From: Felis catus
Lineage: Eukaryota
Assembly (NCBI RefSeq): GCF_018350175.1
Contig: NC_058369.1
Span: forward strand, 152,396,001-152,460,000
Direction: 5' to 3'
Length of the DNA: 64,000 nt
The notes below the pieces were generated by a model that worked only from the letters and a program-made list of their open reading frames with translations, searched no databases and had not been told where the DNA came from. How positions within the stretch are numbered: position 1 is the stretch's first letter; each line of letters opens with the position of its first letter. A program made the translations under genes and the position numbers. Below, piece by piece: positions 23,713 through 37,282 of this stretch.

Positions 23713-25059
23713 ATAAGCTCCTTTATTTTAAGAAAACCATCTTTCTTTGCCTATTTCCTAAGGTAGATGGCTAACTGCTGTTGTTAATAGACATTCAGTG
23801 GATAGTTAACCGGAAGGATGTCTGCAGTGTGTGGATGGCCAACCAGCCCACCCCCGGAGATCCCGCTTCAGGGAGGCATTGGCGGCATTGGTGGTGTGGG
23901 ATATAAAAAGGCAGTGCCGCACTGAAGGCGTGCCTCCTGTCACCAAAGAGATGAAGCGTACAGCATGACTGATAAAAACATCAGAGTTTACAGTAAAAGT
24001 TGGTTTTCTCAGCTCAGAGGGAAAAGGATCCACATCAAAGGTTACGAAAGAACACTTAATAGAAATGGAAGGATTTATACTGGGTTTTGAAGAATGGTTT
24101 TGAAAGAGAGTGATGGGTAGCATCAGAGATGGCAGTGATTCCAGCGGGTGGAGCCCACAAAGTCCAGCAAGAACACGCGGGATAGTTCATGGACACCTTT
24201 GGCTGAAGCGAAGGTAGGGGAGCCACCCGAAGCTGGAGTGAGGCTCACGTGTGGCAGATCTGGACTGAGCGTTTGTTGTAGACACAACAGAGACACAGGG
24301 GCTTCTAAAACAGACGGACACGGTGACACAGTAATCCTTAGGAAGGCTGATGTATAAAGCATGGAGGCCGCCTAAATGAAGGAAAAATCTATTAAGAACA
24401 CGTCATCTCGTCAATCTCTCATCCAAGAACCGAGACTTACGGAATCGTGTAAAATTTATTTGAAGGGCATCATCTAAAATTTGGCCTTTGATAATGCACT
24501 TCCTTTCTTCTGGTCTCCAATGAATTCTTTCTAGTGTAGCCAGGGAGCTGTCCTCAGTGACCCCTGCGTACAACGTTCCACTTCGTGCCTCATTGGTTCT
24601 TGCTATTTTCTGCACCGATAAGGTCTTGCCGGCTCTGCATTTACCTATACCCTACCCTTCTGTCAAGTTCCTCCTACGCCATGAAGCCTTTCCAGAATTA
24701 CACAGCCACACTGAGCTGCCCCATCACCACCTCTCTCAGGGGTCATAGTCCCTTTATCAAAACAACAATAACAACAACAACAGCAAAACCAGCTAGTTGT
24801 CATTTGTAAGGAATGTGGACGCAAGAGTATGGGGTTGAAAAGTACAGAGTGAGACTCCCTTCATCTGCTGCTGGTTAGTTTCCGACTTTGGATAAATCAC
24901 TAATGGCTTTTGACCTTGATTTTCTTTAAAATACAATAGGACCAGGAATCTTTAAGATTCCTGCTACTGTGAGTATGGGGTTAGACATTTTATTGTAATT
25001 TTAGGAATTTGAAAGCCCTAACTCACTGGAACAAGATCCATCTTTCTTTCATTTAAAAA

Positions 25060-25226
25060 AAAAGTTTATTTATTTTTGAGAGAGAGAGAAAGGGGAAGGG
25101 GGGAGAGGCAGAGAGAGAGAGGGAGGCAGAGACTCTGAAGCAGGTTTCAGGCTCTGAGCTGTCTGCACAGACCTGGGGCTCGAACTCACGAACCCGTGAG
25201 ATGCTTAACTGACTGAGCCATGCATC
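25060..25226 (-). mobile_element. Can-SINE with internal deletion
   Basis: TTTATTTATTTTTGAGAGAG...GGGGCTCGAACTCACGAACCCGTGAG joined directly to ATGCTTAACTGACTGAGCCA. Confidence 0.88.
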
Positions 25227-26818
25227 CTTTCTCCCCTCCAACTTTCTTTTCATTTCAGCCCTTAAGTATTGCCATCTTCAAGTGCCATGCAACCCTACCC
25301 TGCTTCGAATAATGAAAGTTTTATGAAACCTTCCACATATATTTTCTCATTTGATACACATCAGGAACCCTGTAAGAATGAATGTCATTATTACTACTTT
25401 ATAGCTGGGAGGGGGACAGAAGTTTAATAGGCTAATAAGGAGAGAGGAGGGTGACAGCTTTTCACAGAGGCATTTATATGCCCTCTCTCCCCACCCTTCA
25501 CTCACTCCCTCTGTCACTCAGCCGGTTCCAGAAAATATACATATTTTATATCTGAGATTAATTTCTCACTAATGACAGTTCTGTAATATAATGAAAAGGA
25601 GCTTAGCCTATGCACATGTACTCAGTTTAGATCTTCCTGAAGACTTTGATACTTCCTTTCTTGTATCAAAGGTTTTTTTAGGGGGATCAGGCAAAGAGAT
25701 GTGAGCCTGAGTCATTTTGTTATGATATGTTGGGACTCTGTGGGTTTATTTTAAGATCAGTTGCTGTTTAGCAATTCATAGCCCTAGTTTTATTTTGGAA
25801 ATGACTTTCAGTTTCCATTGCATATGAATATTTAAGACAAGATTATTATTATTTGAGACCAAAGTTTATTCTTTGGAATTCAGCAGAACATTTTCTGAGA
25901 GATTCAAGTATAACGTGGCTCCAGGACCTATTAGTACGGATGGATTCTGCAAAGCATACACTACTGCCTGCACACAAATACATGATCACGCACGTGCACA
26001 TGCAAAGAAGGAATCGAAGGAAATCTACACACGCATGTGGGCGTGAACGCAAATATCTAGAAATTGAACGAAATGTGCCCGCAAATTATGTTTACCAAAA
26101 TTGCTCCTTGAGATGAAATTTCAGAAGTCATTGATTCATTGGAGAGGGAGAAAGCCCAAGAAGCCTTAAGATACTCAATACCTTGTTTGTCCAAGGTTAA
26201 CCCGCAGTGTCTTATATCTATAAAGCAATTTTCCTTTCAAGGACATACCAGACCATCCATTTCCTGCTAAATGTGCATAACGAAACAGATGCAGATGTTG
26301 CATTGCCGGGTTGGAAATGGAAATTTTCTTCTTACTCCTAGGGGTACCAGAGCTCAGAGTCCACAGCGATTTCTGCTTCTGCCCTCTCCCCCCGCACCCC
26401 CGCACGGGCTTGGGTTGTGCATGAAAAGGGAGATTCTGTGACTAATATCAATGAGACAAAGAAATGAAAGCTCTCTAATCCCTGGGCTGGGCGCCAGCCG
26501 TCCCACTGTACGGGGCCATTGGCCAGAAATCCCACTGTATGCTGGGCCCCAAGCCAACCAGGATTGGATACAATGAATTTCACAGCCACCTTTTCAGAGC
26601 TGACAGCAAATGCCGGGGCACCAACAGCCTTTGATAAGAGCTCCAACTTTCTCTCTAACATTTCTACCCAATAATAATAAAGCTTTTTATTTAGAAAGCG
26701 GTGCTCTCTTGAAGATTGCTTAGTGCTTTTGGAGACACCAATGCATTCATCTCAATGCTTATAGTGAGAAGGCGTGGTGTTGGTGGCCAAGACTGGGAAA
26801 TCAACATTCTCTTCCTGT

Positions 26819-26821
<3 letters not shown>

Positions 26822-26859
<38 letters not shown>

Positions 26860-26860
26860 G

Positions 26861-26891
<31 letters not shown>

Positions 26892-26897
26892 GGGAGA
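26822..26897. repeat. (GA)n microsatellite, interrupted, purine-only
   Basis: Direct reading. Confidence 0.97.
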
Positions 26898-28355
26898 TAT
26901 TACTGTATGCAACAGTTCATTCTACTATTGAAATTTCTAGACAAAGCCTCACATGAATATTCTTCCCTAAATTAAACATGTTGCTGTGTGATTCTTAATG
27001 AGTTGTTTACTTAGAATACCTCGTCTCCTCTTAAGACGGGGGGCTTTTGAAAGGCCGAACACATACACAAACCAGTTAATACTGGCACCCCTCATTGAAC
27101 TTTCTCGCTGTTTCAGATTTAAATATTGATTTCTTTCTCTTTCTCTCCCTGTCTCTTCACCATGGCAGCAGCTGTCAGGAAGTTGGGAACTTCAGGCCAA
27201 GAAGGCACCCAGGAGAATATGAACGCCATTAAAATATTTTTTACCTCTTACTTTATTGTTGTTTCGAAAGCTCTTGAGGAGCTAGCTGGATACCGGGTAA
27301 CCGAGAAGGCTGTGTCTCCACTGGGGAAACACTGGATTTGATTTCCATTAGGGATTCTGAATTATTTAGTGGGACTCGAGTGCCCCAATCAGCTCCTTTC
27401 TGAGTAGTTGGCTCTCCGCATCCATTCACATCCAGCGTGTTCTGAGGCCTTCTCTTGAAACCACAGTGTTCATGGTGTGTAACTTCTTAAGTTTCAGTTT
27501 CAGAGGTTTGGCAACAACTTACTTTCTAAGAATTAGGCTCAGTATACGTGAAGAGAGGCCTAGAACGTTGCAAATGAAAATAATTGGGAACGACCTCATT
27601 TAATCCCAACTTGTTCTCATTTCCGAATCGCGCCATAACGTACTCCAGCATGAAGTCTGCACTCTTTCACACTGTAGATGAATAGTAATTGCTGTAAGAA
27701 GTTAATTTCCTAGCACTCCTGTGACCTTGCTGACTAATCGGGTTGTATTTGGATCGGGTCAGTTGGGACTGACACTGGTAGAAATTTCGGTGGAAATCCA
27801 GACGAGAAAATAAAAGGTAAAGGGAGAAGCCAATGCATAGATACATACAGACGTGGATCTCCCTTCCAGTTTCTGTACATAGGTTGAAGAGTAATCAAAA
27901 CTGAGCCAATACATCTGACCACTTGTTATAAATTTGCCATTTTGCCCGTCACGTCGCATGCTTCGAAAGAGGGTGTAGCAAACACGTCTGAGAAGATGAG
28001 TGTGGGTCAGGTCCATGGATAACCTTGCCACCATCCCTATGGAAGTTAGGCTTCATTTTACTGTCACGGGCATTCCTGGATAGGTGGTCAGCCAGGAGGC
28101 ACCGCATATTGGATTTCCGTTTTGAAGGCCTCGCGCTGGCTGTGTTGAGCAGATGGAAGAGAAGGAGTCAACGTAACAGCAGGAATGCCGGTGGGGACAA
28201 TCCAGCCGGGAAATCATGGCGGTTGCAAAAGAAAAAAGGAAAGATCAAAAATAACCCCTACGTTCTGAGCTTTGCGGGTGGTGATGCCAAACCTTGAGGC
28301 AGGGAACGGGACTGGACAACTAGAAATGAGTCCAGCCTTAGAAATGCTGAGTCTG

Positions 28356-28590
28356 GGGGCGCCTGGGTGGCGCAGTCGGTTAAGCGTCCGACTTCAGCCA
28401 GGTGACGATCTCGCGGTCCGTGAGTTCGAGCCCCGCGTCGGGCTCTGGGCTGATGGCTCAGAACCTGGAGCCTGTTTCCGATTCTGTGTCTCCCTCTCTC
28501 TCTGCCCCTCCCCCATTCATGCTCTGTCTCTCTCTGTCCCAAAAATAAATAAAAACGTTGAAAGAAAAAAAAATTAAAAAAAAAAAAAAA
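28356..28590 (+). mobile_element. Young felid Can-SINE (SINEC_Fc-like), full length
   Basis: Intact A and B boxes, long A tail, TSD AGAAATGCTGAGTCTG at 28340-28355 and 28591-28606. Confidence 0.98.
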
Positions 28591-29554
28591 AGAAATGCTG
28601 AGTCTGGAGGCTTATGTGAGGTTTAAGCACAGAATGTGTTATTTAAGCAAGATTTAAAAGAAGTATATACCACGGCACAAGTTGGCAATTTTCAATTCAC
28701 TTCGTGTGTATTTTCAAAGCATGATCTAAGACTCTGGGCCACTCGCTTTCATTAGTCCCTCTAGAATGCCTAAGTCAATTTGTGCAAGAAGCTCTCAACC
28801 TTGTAATAAAAATCTTCCCAAACTAGAGTCTGCCCTTTAAACGGGGTGTTCAGCTGATCTTCTCGGGGCTTCCATGTCCAAAGTGAAAAGAAGAAATTTT
28901 GCTAATGACTAATTCTTTCATTTCTCCCCCAGTTGGAAGTAACCATATTTTGGAGCTTCCCTATATCAGAGTGATTGGGAAAAGAGAAGTTGTGTCCTTG
29001 TTTAGATAAAAATCTGGTTATCCGCTACTCAAGGGACAGAGTTGGTAGCTCAGCTAAGCCTTGTTTTCCACCTCAGTCCCCCTCCCCCTTCTCTTATCCA
29101 TTTAAACAATTATCCTAATGAATATTTAGTACATTTGTCAGCAGGTTTTGGCTATTGCCTAAGGCCTATAATTTCAATGTCTTACATCCTACTTGCTTTT
29201 TATTTTGTTTTGTGTAAGTTTGTGAGTCTTCTTTCTTGTTGTATCATTGTTTTGTTCGGCTCTCTGTGTGTATGAGTGAGAGAATCAGAGCCACCCTAAC
29301 TTCTGTTCCATTCCCTTACCCCAGGTAGTTCACATGGCTTTGGCATTGCTTTCACGTGTGTGGGGCTGGGTCTTTGTCTCCAATAACTTTTACATCGCCA
29401 TCGTGCACCCTGCTCTCCAAACTTCCCTTACATGACACTAATTTTGGTCCCATCCTAGTCAAGGAGAGGGTGGTAAGAACAATGCAATGGTTGATTTGTG
29501 CATAATATCTAAAGGATTGGAATAAGTGACTATTCAGAAAAAACTGGGTGGGGG

Positions 29555-29785
29555 GGGGCACCTGGGTGGTTCAGTCGAGCATCTGACTCTTGATTTCGGC
29601 TCAGGTCATGATCTCATGGTTAGAACCCTACAATGGGCTCTGCACTGGCAGTGTGGAGCCCGCTTTGGATTCTCTCTCTCTTTCTCTCTCTCTTTGTCCC
29701 TCCCTTGATCTCTCTCTCTCTCTTTCTCTCTCTCAAAATAAAAAAACACATTTTTTAAAAAGATAAAGATAAAAAAAGAAAAACT
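29555..29785 (+). mobile_element. Can-SINE, older subfamily
   Basis: GGGGCACCTGGGTGGTTCAGTCGAGCATCTGACTCTTGATTTCGGCTCAGG, long CT tract, A-rich tail. Confidence 0.9.
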
Positions 29786-29959
29786 TGGCACCAATAGGAA
29801 TTTTCTCGAAAAGAAAAAATGAGTATATTTGAGAAGTAAATACAGAACAAAGGTTTCCTAAAAAACTGGAAAAGTGCAAAGTGATATCAAGAAGATGACT
29901 ATACAGTTGAACATTTATTTGGCAAATTAAGGAGTACGTGATGACAGGCCATAATTATC

Positions 29960-30130
29960 TTCATCTTCCAGGCACTGGGGTAAGCAATTCATAAAGATCA
30001 CATGTAATCCTCACAAGAACCCCATGAGGTAAATGACTCATTACCCCTATTTTTCAGATGAAATCACACGGCTTGAGGTGGTCAAGTCGAGGTTTGAGCC
30101 AGATCGGACCTAGAATGTACTCTGACCTTT
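29960..30130 (-). mobile_element. MIR relic
   Basis: CCAGGCACTGGGGTAAGC...TAATCCTCACAAGAACCCCATGAGGTAAAT...CCCTATTTTTCAGATGAAA. Confidence 0.75.
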
Positions 30131-30316
30131 TTTGGTCATCATCTTCCCAGACTTTTCATTATATTTTTGCCACATTATATAACATTTTGATATGTGGGAA
30201 GTGAATCATTTCGATTATTTACCTTTTGAAACTAAATCGTTAGAGGGAAAACTATGATGGAATTCAGACGAGAAGAAACAGTTCTATCCTAAATTGTGTC
30301 CTCCATTTTTAGGAAT

Positions 30317-30755
30317 AGTTAGGAATGCTTTTAGCTTCAAACAACAGAAAACCTGGTTAGCAATATCTCACATAACAAGACTTCCAGAAGTCTGTGGTCG
30401 CTGCTGGCATTGGTTCAGCGTCTCCAAGATTTCAGAGCCCATTTGGTGTCTCTGTCACGCTGCTGTCCTGCACCTTGCGTCTCACAAGATGGCGACGTCT
30501 CAGGAGTGGTGCTCAGTGGAGGGTTTCTCCTTGAGTATCTCCTTCCCATGGGGAAAGTATAAATCCTTCCAAAGGCCCCCGAAGACTCGTCCTTACTATT
30601 ATGCTATTAGCCATGATAGGGTCAGATGTGACCTTTCCTGGAAGAAAGATTGAGTAAGTTGGAGTTAAGACTTTTTTCAGCTTCCATAATGGGGGCCAGG
30701 CAGAGGAGATAGGGGTCGTAGAAGGGCATGGGGTAGCAAACAGACATCTGCTGCA
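30317..30755 (-). mobile_element. MaLR (MLT1-type) solo LTR relic
   Basis: AGTTAGGAATGCTTTTAGCTTCAAACAACAGAAAACC...TCTCACATAACAAGA...TCACAAGATGGC resembles MLT1K/L-type LTRs. Confidence 0.6.
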
Positions 30756-31008
30756 ACTATCACAATGCACAGGCAGACGGTCCTCCCTCGGTATGAAGAA
30801 TAAACTGTAGTCATGTGATCTCTCCTCCAAAGACCAAACATGGTTAGTCACCTGCACCTACCTGGGTTTTCGGTGGTTTTGTTTTGTTTTGTTTTTTAAA
30901 GCTGGATTTCAGCTCCTTTATGTGTACCAGGTTTTAGCAACACTTTAATTTCCTGTTTCAATTACCACAGGCTTAATAAAAGCTGTTGCATGGAAAAATA
31001 GTTATTTT

Positions 31009-31276
31009 GGAGCACCTGGGTGGCTCAGTTGGTTAAATGTCCGACTTTGGCTCAGGTCATGATCTCCCAGTTCTTGAGGTGGAGCCCCGCATTGGGCTCT
31101 GTGCTGACAGCTCAGAGCCTNNNNNNNNNNNNNNNNNNNNNNNNNNNNNNNNNNNNNNNNNNNNNNNNNNNNNNNNNNNNNNNNNNNNNNNNNNNNNNNN
31201 NNNNNNNNNNNNNNNNNNNNNNNNNNNNNNNNNNNNNNNNNNNNNNNNNNNNNNNNATTAAAAAAATTAAAACAAA
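31009..31276 (+). mobile_element. Can-SINE with 3' half hidden by an N-gap
   Basis: SINE head to 31120; perfect 16-bp TSD GAAAAATAGTTATTTT at 30993-31008 and 31277-31292. Confidence 0.93.
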
Positions 31277-32632
31277 GAAAAATAGTTATTTTAGTCTTCA
31301 TTTCCATCAAGTCACTTACTTCTGCCTGTGGTAACAGTCTGTAAGCAGTTCTGTTCTTTTCCTTAAACGTTTCATTTTCTATTTCAGTCTCTTTGGAATT
31401 TTTTGTTGATCTCACCATATAAACTCAGAACTCCTTAGCAAGATCTGCTGATAACTAGTTCATGTTTCAAGCACTTTTTCTGTCACAGTGTTTAGAATAA
31501 GAAACCACTTACAGCATAAGATAGACTTTCAGTAAGTGATACCAGTGCCTCATTCAGCCAAATATTTTATCTCTAACAGTGGCACAAAAGGGTGTGTGGG
31601 GGAAAATGTTATTAAAGGAAGAATTTATCCTAAAGAAGATTCTTTTTCCTGACCAGCCAATCATATATATCGATGCATTTTCTAGACCCCAATTGTTCCA
31701 ACTCATAGCTCTTTTCCGCTTTGGGGAGGGAGAAGACTTAAGGGAACAACATGTGACACTGTGGGCTGTGTCCTTCTAGAAGCCTTAATAGGAAGCCCAT
31801 TTGTCCTTCCATATGAACCACGCTTTCGATATCAGATTTATCATTCATAAAAGCATATTTGGGGCTCCAATTTGCTTTGTCCTATTTTATTTGTATTTGT
31901 TTTTAATGTCTCCGTTGGCTTGGAGCTTGAAGAGTAAAGTGGTATATTATTTACCGACTCCTTGAATGCCGTTGATAAAAAACTTGTGATCGTGATTCCT
32001 TTTCTTCCACAAAATACGTATCTGACTTTATACAAGCTACTTAAATACTAAGGCTTGGTTTTTCTCATCTATAAAATGGGATTACTGGGAGGTATTTGCT
32101 CCAGAAGGCTGTAACAAGGATTAATAATGAGAAAAAAATGTAATGTGTGCCCAGAGCAGATCATGGAATGTAAAAGACATTCAATAGTCATCTCTTTCTG
32201 TCCTTAGCATCAGAAGCTGAATCATGCATATAATACAGTCAATAAATGCAGGGGTGGGGATTCATTATTTCAGGATAATCAGAACCTAGAAAATATATTT
32301 TCAGATAGGGGGTCAACGTTTCATTATAAATGGGGATTTTTTTATGTTGAAGAATAGAATGAAACTATTTATATTATTGAACAAATTTAGATTGTAAGTA
32401 TTAACCCAATGAATAAGTCAAACGTACAGTTTGTTTCGGTTTTTCTAAAAAATTGTATGGCAATATGTCTTCTTTCAGATTTTAAATCCGAAGCATGATT
32501 ATATTTACAAGGTAATATGTAAAGCTCTCATCAATTCTCCAAGATTCCTCTTGATTCTTTGCTTTTCAGTTATTCTCATTGCCACAAAAAACACTGTCAT
32601 TGTTCTCTGTCTTTTGAAAGATGATTTATCTC

Positions 32633-32849
32633 GGGGCGCCTGGGTGGCGCAGTCGGTTAAGCGTCCGACTTCAACTAGGTCACGATCTCGTGGTCCGGGA
32701 GTTCGAGCCCCGCGTCAGGCTCTAGGCTGATGGCTCAGAGCCTGGAGCCTGTTTCCGATTCTGTGTCTCCCTCTCTCTCTGCCCCTCCCCCGTTCATGCT
32801 CTCTCTCTCTGTCCCAAAAATAAATAAACATTGAAAAAAAAATTAAAAA
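32633..32849 (+). mobile_element. Young felid Can-SINE (SINEC_Fc-like)
   Basis: GGGGCGCCTGGGTGGCGCAGTCGG head; TSD AAAG(A/G)TGATTTATCTC at 32617-32632 and 32850-32865. Confidence 0.97.
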
Positions 32850-33736
32850 AAAGGTGATTTATCTCTATAATTTATTTTCTCATAGTATGTTGTATTGTAA
32901 GCTATTAGAGTATTCAAAAAATCTGTGAGAGACTGCCCAATAAGATCTTCGTTGAACAGTTGAGGATAGATGCTAGCATCTAGAATGCAAGACTCTTTAA
33001 TTAGAGACTAATTTTGCTAATGGTGTGTCCAAAATCTAATGATTTGACACCACTGCAACTTTTGATCTACCAGACATTTGCAACCATCGAAACCTGAAAG
33101 ATGAAGACTTGAGTAACTAGGATATTACTGGTCAACTACCTTAAGTTAATTGTAAACTTGATAAAAATACGTCATAGCTTTTTTTAAACTTCAGAGATCT
33201 ATATTAAGACCCTACAATATGGAATAACTTTCAGCACCTTATCTAACCTCAAATTTTGTGATTCCTTGACCCCATAGCTAGAGGCTCATCAGACTGGCAA
33301 ACCTCATACTTGGGATTTGGAAACTCACAAATGATTGGTGTGCCTCATCTTCCCCAAGAACCTAACGTATGTCTTCATTGGGAGCCCAAAACTCCTCCAA
33401 GTCATTGAGTGAGTGGGGTTGTTTTTTATAANNNNNNNNNNNNNNNNNNNNNNNNNNNNNNNNNNNNNNNNNNNNNNNNNNNNNNNNNNNNNNNNNNNNN
33501 NNNNNNNNNNNNNNNNNNNNNNNNNNNNNNNNNNNNNNNNNNNNNNNNNNNNNNNNNNNNNNNNNNNNNNNNNNNNNNNNNNNNNNNNNNNNNNNNNNNN
33601 NNNNNNNNNNNNNNNNNNNNNNNNNNNNNNNNNNNNNNNNNNNNNNNNNNNNNNNNNNNNNGAAAGTAAACAAATGAGTTCAAGTTCCCTGAAAGCATGG
33701 GACTGCAGCTCCTTAAATGTTCAGCAAGACTTAAAG

Positions 33737-34039
33737 CAGATTTCTCAAATCAGTGGTCACTGATAGAGACCTGGAAGCTATTTTCAAATTGTTAAGTTTC
33801 TCATTCCTTCACCTCACCTTTCCTCTCAAAGACCTAATTATCAGCGTATGCTATGTTCTCTGATATGGATACAGCCATGGATCTCACAGCTTTAGATCAA
33901 TATTAGAAAAATTACAATAAAGCAAACAAATTAATTCACATTAATTTAGCATTTACTAAATGTAATTTAGTAAATGTAATTTAGCAATTACTAAATTCCA
34001 GTCAGTGGTCCGTGTCCCTGAGAGTGTTGGAAACCACTG
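33737..34039. mobile_element. Possible hAT-Charlie-type MITE relic
   Basis: Ends CAGATTTCTCAAA... and ...TGTTGGAAACCACTG resemble Charlie-family TIRs. Confidence 0.3.
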
Positions 34040-34389
34040 GAGTCAACAAAATACAGATACTGGGAGAATCATGAGGCTTAAATTCTATTCCTAGCTTCCC
34101 TTTCGTGGACTCCAATATATATGTTTTGAATTTTCAAAGTAGAGATTTTGAAAATACAAGTAGATACTTTGGGAGAGCTCTCCAACTCCATGTTTCTGAT
34201 TCTATAGCGTTGTATGGGCCGCTTCAATGCACAAATTCAGTTACCGGTTGGACTAAAAAAAAAAAAAAATCACGTAACTGTCCCCTCTCCTGGCTTCACT
34301 AACAGAAGGGAATGGACCACAAATGGTCAAGGCAATCCAGCTATGTCTTTTCAGATACTGAGACGCTGATTCACTGATTCACAAACTCA

Positions 34390-34852
34390 TTGATTTCTTA
34401 CAAACCACCCAAAACTTAGTGGCTTTAAAAATAAGCCATCATTAACTTGCTCGTGTTTCTGCAGCTTGGACTGGACTTGTCAGGGCAGCTCTGCTCTGCC
34501 CCACACTGGGACTAGAACATCCTAGATACCCTCTTCCATCACACACTGGATGGGTACCTGCATGGGGGTGGCTGAAACAGATAGGGGCTAGCTCGACAGC
34601 TTTCGCTCTCTGCCTGCCTCCCTGTGTGGCTAACTTGGGATTTGTCACAACGGTGCTGGGTCCCCAGAAGGAGCACCAGGGGGACCAGCCCAGTGTGCAA
34701 GTGCCCATCAAACCGCCACTTGCTTTACACCAGCGAAAAGGGACACTAGCAAAAGGGACAAACGCAAAGTCAGTGTGGAAGCGGACTATACCGGACACTG
34801 ACATCAGGAGGCAGGGTTCATTGGAGTCACAAAATAACAATCAACCAGACAT
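34390..34852 (-). mobile_element. MaLR (MLT1-type) solo LTR relic
   Basis: ACAAACCACCCAAAACTTAGTGGCTTTAAAA...TTGCTCGTGTTTCTGCAG...GGGCAGCTCTGCTCTGCCCCAC...CCCAGTGTGCAAGTGC. Confidence 0.75.
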
Positions 34853-36339
34853 ACCAGTATGGGATCTCTGGTTTAATTTATCCTCGTGAGGACACTAGAA
34901 AAGCTTCTGATCCAGGCACCCACAGCCTATGTTTTGTTCCTTGAAAATAAAAATGACAAGAGAACCAAGAAATTTCTGAAAGATCCAGTTTTCTTGAGTG
35001 GAGCTATTCAATCAAATGACGAGCACATTATTCCAGCACAAACCCCATGCACGATATTTGGTATTTGTTGCTCATCCAACCTTTACTCCCTACTTCTTTT
35101 CAGACAAGATAAAGAGAATGAAAAATATGAGTTGGGTTTGGGTCAGAGCAAGAAAATTCCATTCCATCGGTATCGCCCTTCTCTTGACAACCTCAATGGC
35201 CATTTCACATTTGGTAATTAAGCCTGTACTTTTCACCAGAGGCTACTGCTAACGGAGTTGAGGATGTCACTCCTGATGGCCTCTGGCAGAGGAACGAGGG
35301 TGTCGTTGGCAGGCAGACCAGCTGTCATCTCTTCCTGCAAAGAGCCAGCCGCTCACTGAGCCAGTGAAAACTGCGGCCATTGATTTTTCTATACAGATGA
35401 TTAAAAACAGCTTGGATGCCTGTATTTCATACCCATCATCAGTGACAATGAAAGGCCCTAATTCATGGGACTATATCATGGTCTTCAGGGCAAACCGTAG
35501 GTTTGGGCTGAAGACGCATTTTCCTTTCTGTAGAGTACAAAACAAAAACAAAAACAAAAACAAATCCCCAGAACCCTGAAATCAGAGGAGCCAGACCCAA
35601 TGTAATCCCAAAGCTGAGAGTAAAAGTTACGGATAGAGGACGTTTAAAGAGAGGCTTCAGGCAGTGGGAGACACAGAAACCACAACTGAATGGTGCGGAT
35701 CATCGGGAGAACATACAGAATATCTCTACAGCGTATACATTGACAGAGGTTTTCACGTTATGAAAGAATCTTCACAAGTTTGGCCCTATGCCATCTGAGT
35801 TTGGAAATGTGGTGATTTTCAGAAGAACGAAGACAGTTTAAAAACAGGCCAATTAAAACAAGAAAACTATCCCTGGACTTAAATAAACCGATAATGCGGG
35901 TTATGTGCACAGGCCCTATGCTAGAAGAGACAGCCCAGCGGTGCCTTCTTAAACCGGCAATGCCCCCAGACTGGCATCATGTGAAGCTAGACTTCGGACA
36001 AGCTGAAGAATTTTTTTTTTCCATTCTCAGTTCAAGCTTTTGGGTCTATTTATTCCATATATTCTCTCCATTCAAGTTTTCACAAATGGGCCCTACTTAA
36101 CACTGTCAAAGCGTGTTTTTTAAGGCATTTTTACAAGCCAGAGGGAGAAAAAGGATTGAGGCAGACTCTAGGTCGGGAACTTTAATGCCACCGCAAAGCC
36201 AGTTAAGTAAACTAAATCATCTGAGGTGAGGACGTACAGGCCCCTTTCTCTGTGCCTGCCCCCTACCCCACAGTGCAGGGAACGTGTGGGAAATGGGATG
36301 AGCATGCCGTCAGTGAAATCCTCCCCAGCACGGTTTCAT

Positions 36340-36510
36340 AGATACAACTTTTTGAGCACCGACTATGTGCTAGGCGTTGTTCTAAGTGTTTTTCCAGCCA
36401 ATCTCTCGTTTCCTGTCCACAAAAACTCCATTCGGTTGGTGGTATTGTTTTCTCCATTTCTGATGAGGACGCTGAGGCTGAGAGTGTTCCGTGACCAAGT
36501 TCACCCCACC
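36340..36510 (-). mobile_element. MIR relic
   Basis: TTTTGAGCACCGACTATGTGCTAGGCGTTGTTCTAAGTG...CCATTTCTGATGAGGACGCTGAGGCTGAGAG. Confidence 0.8.
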
Positions 36511-37050
36511 TGTAATCAGCAACATAGGTGCCAAACCCTGGGCGGTCCACACGGAGTCAGACAATGCCAAGCAGAAAAAGAAACCCCATGACCTAATGAG
36601 ATTGGTCCGTAAAAGAGAAACACCTTTCCTCGTTATCATTACCATAGCTGCCGTGTAGTTGTAATAATACCTGAGAGTTATTAAGCATCCGTGCTCCATG
36701 TAAGTTCTGGTCCTTTCCATCTGTGTCAAACTGAGCTAATTATCTTTACACCTCTGAAGGGATAGCCTGTAGAGTCGGGCAGCTAGCAACCTGTGACTCA
36801 CTGTACCGATTTCTGAAAATAAGCACACACACAAATTCTCAAGGGCTGGAGCCATAGACATCTTATTACAAAAGGCATTTGTTTTAGATTTTAAAAATGC
36901 CAACCAATCATGAATGCTATGGCAAATAGAGTTCAAACAGTATGTTTTGGGGGTAGCTTTAATGAAGTTTTCCAAAGGGAGGACCTTGAATAGAGATCAT
37001 TTTGAAGCTTTTAAATCTTTAAAATGACCTGCTATTAAAAGAACCCTTCA

Positions 37051-37282
37051 GGGACACTTGGATGGCTCAGTTGGTTAAGTGTCTGACTCTCGGTTTTGGT
37101 TCAGGTCATGATCTCATGGTCACGAGATCGAGCCCCACATCAGGCTCTGCACTGACGGCATGGAGCCTGCTTTGGGATTCTCTCTCACTCCCTCTCTCTC
37201 TGACTCTCCTCTGCTCATGATCTCTTTCAAAATAAATAGATTTTAAAAATTAAAAAAATTAAAAAAAAATATATATATATAT
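37051..37282 (+). mobile_element. Can-SINE, older subfamily
   Basis: GGGACACTTGGATGGCTCAGTTGGTTAAGTGTCTGACTCT head; flanking CCCTTCAG repeat; A/(AT)n tail. Confidence 0.92.

Noticed and set aside
33362-33763. ORFs spanning N-runs (also at 14.5, 31.0, 38.8, 40.5 and 54.2 kb)
   Set aside because: Artefacts of translating through gaps.
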